A stretch of DNA of 64,000 nucleotides from Eledone cirrhosa (Eukaryota), in contig OZ024763.1 in the NCBI GenBank assembly GCA_964016885.1, forward strand, positions 28,706,001-28,770,000, written 5' to 3'. Under the pieces are notes generated by a model. It ran no database searches. It had not been told where the DNA came from and saw nothing but the letters and a program-made list of their open reading frames with translations. A program made the position numbers and the translations under genes. Below, in pieces: positions 58,139 through 64,000 of the stretch (position 1 is the stretch's first letter; each line of letters opens with the position of its first letter).

Positions 58139-58190
<52 letters not shown>

Positions 58191-58366
58191 GGTAAATTTC
58201 CGTCATAATTAATACCATTATAACGATTTTTTTAGTATAACGTAATTTTATTTATACTCCGGGGAGTTCGTTGTAACGGAATTTTACCGTATATATATGT
58301 GTGGGTGCGTGTGTTTGTGTATGTACGTACGTACTTATGTATATATGTATTTACACATTCCTACAA

Positions 58367-58401
<35 letters not shown>

Positions 58402-58454
58402 AACATTCCTATTGCAGTACCAACTTGCAAAGATTCAGCGCTGCCAACTCGTAG

Positions 58455-58513
<59 letters not shown>

Positions 58514-58827
58514 GAGAGAGAGGACGAAAAAAAAGTACCTTTTACAGGATTAGAACTGTTTCATCCGTATTAAAACACACCAGGTCATTGCTATAATGAA
58601 ATTAATATACCTATAATCTACCAATGTATTGCATAACTTTTTTACCTGGGCTCGCCCCTTCTCAAAAATAACTCGGGAAGATATATATTTATATAGCTAA
58701 CATCTCCATCTCACGAACGATCCAGACGTATATATTATTATCGACTGTGATCCAGAAACCTTTGGTAATGGAGTAGTTATATTTTGTACTGTTCACTTTC
58801 TAATTAATATATCTATCTATCTAACTA

Positions 58828-58890
<63 letters not shown>

Positions 58891-59017
58891 GTCTATATAT
58901 ATAAATTTATGTCGGGTTCAATCGAAGGCAACCCCATAAGTAAGGTACTGAATACAAAGCAGAGTATACATTTTTGATGATATCTCCCGAATGAAACAGT
59001 TCTAGTCCTGTAGAAGT

Positions 59018-59121
<104 letters not shown>

Positions 59122-59219
59122 TCGTTGACAAATATACACGCAGATATATTGCCCTTGGTATGACAGTGTTGTTTTAGCTCAATGTAGGATAACTAGTATA
59201 CTACAGAGCCATTAGAAGA

Positions 59220-59417
59220 TATAGGAATAACCAAAGAGTGCTTAGAAATACATTGTTTTATTAGATAACAGTGTTTCATCCATACCCCGTGGCAGGAATC
59301 ATCAGAGCCTATAAACACTTGTTTATAAGCTCTGATGATTCCTGCCATGGAGTATGGATGAAACACTGTTAGCTAATAAAACAATGTATTTCTAAGCACT
59401 CTTTGGTTATTCCTATA
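59220..59417. repeat. Fold-back with ~97-bp arms and a hammerhead motif on each arm
   Basis: Arms meet at ATAAACA-CT-TGTTTAT; an extra copy of the 3' end lies at 59564-59590. Confidence 0.95.
59327..59376 (+). ncRNA. Minimal hammerhead motif (degenerate mirror copy on - strand at 59262-59310)
   Basis: AGCT-CTGATGA-T-TCCTGC..GTATGGA-T-GAAA-C-ACT-G-TT-AGCT-AATAAA; U/U closes stem II. Confidence 0.6.
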
Positions 59418-59419
59418 AC

Positions 59420-59566
<147 letters not shown>

Positions 59567-59639
59567 CACTCTCTGGTTATTCCTATAACTATATATATAT
59601 ATACACACACACTCACACACACACATATATATATATATA

Positions 59640-59710
<71 letters not shown>

Positions 59711-60277
59711 ATATGTGTATTTGTCTTGTGGTTGTTGTCGTTACCAGCATTATTACTACTACTACTACCACTACTACCACCAACACCACCACCACCACTA
59801 CTACTATTACTACCACTACTACTTTGGCATCATCATCTTCTAGTACCATCATTATTATTTGTAGTAGTATTGGTAGATGCAGTAGTAGTGGTGGTAGTAG
59901 TAGTGCTGGTAGTAATAGTAGTAGTAGTAGTAGTAGTAGTAGTGTTTGAGATAATCCTCTTACAGATGTGGTTTGATATCAATCTGTACTATTTTGATGA
60001 TAACACATGCGATATATATCTACACATACGTATATATATATATATATATGCAGACATGTATGTATATATGTATATATATATATATATGCAGACATGTATG
60101 TATATATATATATATATATACACACATTATTTGTGTGTCTGTATTCAAATTTACTCTGCTACATATTACAGGATGTCATTCGGAGTTAGCTTCAAACATT
60201 CAACACATATATATATACATATATACATACATATATATATATATATATATGTATGTATATTTTTATAAATATGTATG

Positions 60278-60370
<93 letters not shown>

Positions 60371-60437
60371 ATAAATATACAAATACATATATATATATAT
60401 ATATATACACATGCACACTCACACATACATATGTATG

Positions 60438-60469
<32 letters not shown>

Positions 60470-60517
60470 TACATATGTATATATATATATACACATGCAC
60501 ACTCACACATACATATG

Positions 60518-60571
<54 letters not shown>

Positions 60572-60625
60572 TACATATGTATATATATATATATACACAT
60601 GCACACTCACACATACATATGTATG

Positions 60626-60656
<31 letters not shown>

Positions 60657-61153
60657 CTATATATACACACACACACATACATATGTATGTATATGTATAT
60701 ATATATACATACATATATATATACACACACACACACACACGCACACACACATACAATATGAAACCTCGTCAACAAATAATATAATCTCGAACGTGTAAAA
60801 AAAATTAGAGTCGTCCATCTTAAAATGTAGATCAAACATAGCTTAAGTATTGATGTTGTCTGCTTATAATGACACAACGTGTTGGACGCTATCAATGGTG
60901 TTAGCTCTAAAAAAAAGCAATCATACCACGCTCAGTAAACAATTTTACTTCAGCACACGTGAATTCAAACATATTTGATCCTGCATGGAAGAAGAATACC
61001 TTTAAGAATACCTTAAAGCGAAGAAACCTTTGTCAAAATTTACAAGTATCTTGAGATGGAATTTTGGGTATCTCATGGTCGATAGTTGATAATTTTGTTG
61101 CATATAAATATATATATACCCATGTGCAACCACGCATCACTCCATTTCTCTTA

Positions 61154-61219
<66 letters not shown>

Positions 61220-61249
61220 GGTGTTCCAGGCGATTGACTGGCACCATAT

Positions 61250-61443
61250 ATATAAGGAAATATGGTAAGGAACCAGGTGGACCATAACGCACCAAAGTAC
61301 TCAATACTTAGGGTAGTAGAGTGGGTAATAGGAAGGAGTAGGACCCCGACGGCTGAGCTCAAGCCGTTTCGACGGCTAATTCAGTCCAGAATTAGCCGTC
61401 GAAACGGCTTGAGCTCAGCCGTCGGAGTCCTACTCGTTCCTAT
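61250..61443 (-). mobile_element. Hairpin-plus-tail element, same family as 36700-36885, opposite orientation
   Basis: Tail 61255-61330 is the reverse complement of 36805-36885; hairpin 61328-61443. Confidence 0.82.
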
Positions 61444-61445
61444 AA

Positions 61446-61504
<59 letters not shown>

Positions 61505-62065
61505 AATGAGAGTGTTCAATTTATCTGGACGAAAATATATTAATTTTTCACACCATTGAATGCTTCATGACTGCCTCAAACAATTCGATTGATTTCTGCT
61601 CTGTTGCTTCTACTGCCTTCCCCTCTCTTTAACACCCCCTGCCCCCTGAACCTTGGATTTCTTATGTAGATCTCCAATTGAAGGACCCATTCCTCGCCTC
61701 CTAGCTCCTTTGCTCCCACAAAAATTAGGTGCCTCAAAAAAAAAAGTCACGGACTCTCACTCATTTTAACCCCACCACCTGACCTTTGGGTGCCTTTGCC
61801 AAATTTAAGGACGCATACCACGCTTCCTCTTCCTCTGTCTTACTCTGTTTCTCATCTTCTCTCTTATTATCAATCTTGGAGGCTCCCTGAACAATGAGGT
61901 CATCAGTTCTCTCGCTGACTAGACATTACAAAACATAATACCGCCAGAGGTATTTCCTTTACCGATATGATGGGGGGAAATGCATTGTTGATTGGTGACG
62001 GCTCAGGAGAGAACGATCGTGTCAAAATGCTGCTGCTGCTGCTGCTGCTGCTGCTACTACTATTG

Positions 62066-62104
<39 letters not shown>

Positions 62105-62116
62105 ATAATAATAATA

Positions 62117-62282
62117 ATAATTGTTTCTACTTTAGGCACAAGGTCAGCAAATTACCCCAGTACATTACTGGTACTTTATTTTATCGACTCCGTAAGGATG
62201 AAAGGCAAAGTTAACCTCGGCGGGATTTGAACTCAGACCGTAGAGGGACGTAACTATGCTGGAAAGCATGGCGTCCGACTCT
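62117..62282 (-). mobile_element. SINE family A, slightly 5'-truncated
   Basis: Reverse complement of tail, core and B-box. Confidence 0.9.
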
Positions 62283-62327
62283 AATAATAATAATAATTGT
62301 AAAATGCATAAATACATTATTATTAAA

Positions 62328-62514
62328 TGGATTGGCAGTATCGGTAGAGGGCCGGACGCCATGCTTTCCAGCATAGTTACGTCCCTTTACGATCTGAGTT
62401 CAAATCCCGCCGAGGTTGACTTTGCCTTTCATCCTTACGGGGTCGATAAAATAAAAGTACCAGTAATGCACTGGGGTAATTGTTGGCCTTGTGCCTAAAA
62501 GTAGAAACAATTAT
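62328..62514 (+). mobile_element. Young SINE family A with 19-bp TSD
   Basis: TAAATACATTATTATTAAA at 62309-62327 and 62515-62533. Confidence 0.95.
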
Positions 62515-62794
62515 TAAATACATTATTATTAAAATGTTGAAAAATAGAACACCAGTTTATTTAGATGATGCAATAATGACGATAGTAATGATGATGTTGT
62601 CGATGATGGTGATGGTGATGCTGATGATGATGGTGATGATGATGGTGATGGTGATGGTGATGATGATGGTGATGATGTTGATGCTGATGATGATGTCCAT
62701 GATGATTATAATGAAACCTAATCGATATTTGCACTTTACTCTCGTGCTCTGACCCCGCCTCTCTCTCTCTCTGCCATTATTTATCTATCTGCGC

Positions 62795-62829
<35 letters not shown>

Positions 62830-63001
62830 TCTCTGTCTCTCTCCCTCTCTTTCATACACACTTTGTCTGTCTTTGATTCTCTCACTTTATCTGTTTTTCT
62901 GTCTCTCTTGCTCTGTCTTGCTTTCTTCCCCCCCCTCTCTCTCTATTTACCTATTTATCTTTCTAATTATCTACCTTTTTTATGTCTCTCTTTCTCTGCT
63001 C

Positions 63002-63033
<32 letters not shown>

Positions 63034-63039
63034 TTGTCA

Positions 63040-63081
<42 letters not shown>

Positions 63082-63109
63082 ATATATCTCTCTCTCTATC
63101 TATCTATCT

Positions 63110-63251
63110 AGAGAGATAGAGAGAGAGACACGTGGATGAGTAGAAAGAGACACATAAACAGGTATATATCTATCTAGTTATATATATATATATATACCTG
63201 TTTATGTGTCTCTTTCTACTCATCCACGTGTCTCTCTCTCTCTATCTCTCT
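63110..63251. repeat. Perfect hairpin, ~60-bp arms
   Basis: GACACGTGGATGAGTAGAAAGAGACACATAAACAGGTATA / TATACCTGTTTATGTGTCTCTTTCTACTCATCCACGTGTC. Confidence 0.93.
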
Positions 63252-63800
63252 CTTCCCATCTCTCCCTCCTCCCATCTTCCCTCTCTCCCTCTCACCCCTC
63301 TTTCTCCCTCTCTACCCATCTCTCCCTCTCTCTCTCCTCTCTCTACCCATCTCCCCCAGTCTCTCTCCCCCTCCCCCCATCCCCACGCCATGCCCCATCA
63401 CACCCCCTCCCCCCCACCTCTCCTCTCTCCATACCATCTATGTCTCACATCCGTTACCTGCAGTCAGCCAGACAGCCAGACAGCCAGACAGCCAGACAGC
63501 CAGTCTCTCAACTCAGACTTCTAACGAGCCGCAGCCAGAGTTACTAACGAAATATCGTGTTACATTGTTTAAGTCTTAGTATTTCATAAGTCATAAGCTG
63601 TAGGTGGTGTGACAGATAGGCTCAGTGGTCAGGATCGGGTTACCACAAATAGAGATAACTTCCCCGCCCCCCCCCTCTCTCTCTCTCTCACTCTCTCTTA
63701 GAATATATATATATATATATATATATATAACATAATATATATATATATATATATACATATATATACCTAGTGAGAGTGGGGGTAGATAGTTAGTAATAGT

Positions 63801-63861
<61 letters not shown>

Positions 63862-63863
<2 letters not shown>

Positions 63864-64000
63864 GTGGTGGATTGGCAGTATCGGTAGAGGGTTGGACGCC
63901 ATTTTTTCCAGCGTAGTTACGTCCCTTTACGGTCTGAGTTCAAATCCCGCCGAGGTTCACTTTGTCTTTCATCCTTACGGGGTCGATAAAATAGAGTACC
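63862..64000 (+). mobile_element. SINE family A running off the window end
   Basis: A-box, B-box and core. Confidence 0.9.

Overview
AT-rich animal genomic DNA, mostly microsatellites ((TA)n, (TG)n, (GAA)n, (CAT)n) and mobile-element debris. The repeat families and microsatellite load suggest an octopus or other coleoid cephalopod; this is inferred from pattern recognition, not a search. No protein-coding gene can be called with confidence. Nearly every ORF in the track is a microsatellite read-through, and only 2-3 weak candidate exons are visible. Supported features are: ~17 copies or fragments of one tRNA-derived SINE and 3 of a second; 3' remnants of RTE-type and Tx1/L1-type LINEs; a hAT non-autonomous element carrying a 55-bp array; two non-autonomous Helitrons (one with its empty site in the window); and several tandem arrays, including a ~20 x 123-bp array made from an RTE fragment. 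The most interesting signal is a set of at least 7 mutually unrelated loci with minimal hammerhead-ribozyme motifs (CUGANGA...GAAA...UH). Most sit in fold-back inverted-repeat cassettes next to (TA)n tracts, so a hammerhead lies on both strands. This fits Penelope-like element (PLE) termini. The set includes a compensatory U3-A8 core variant and a recurring U10.1/U11.1 variant. Activity is untested.
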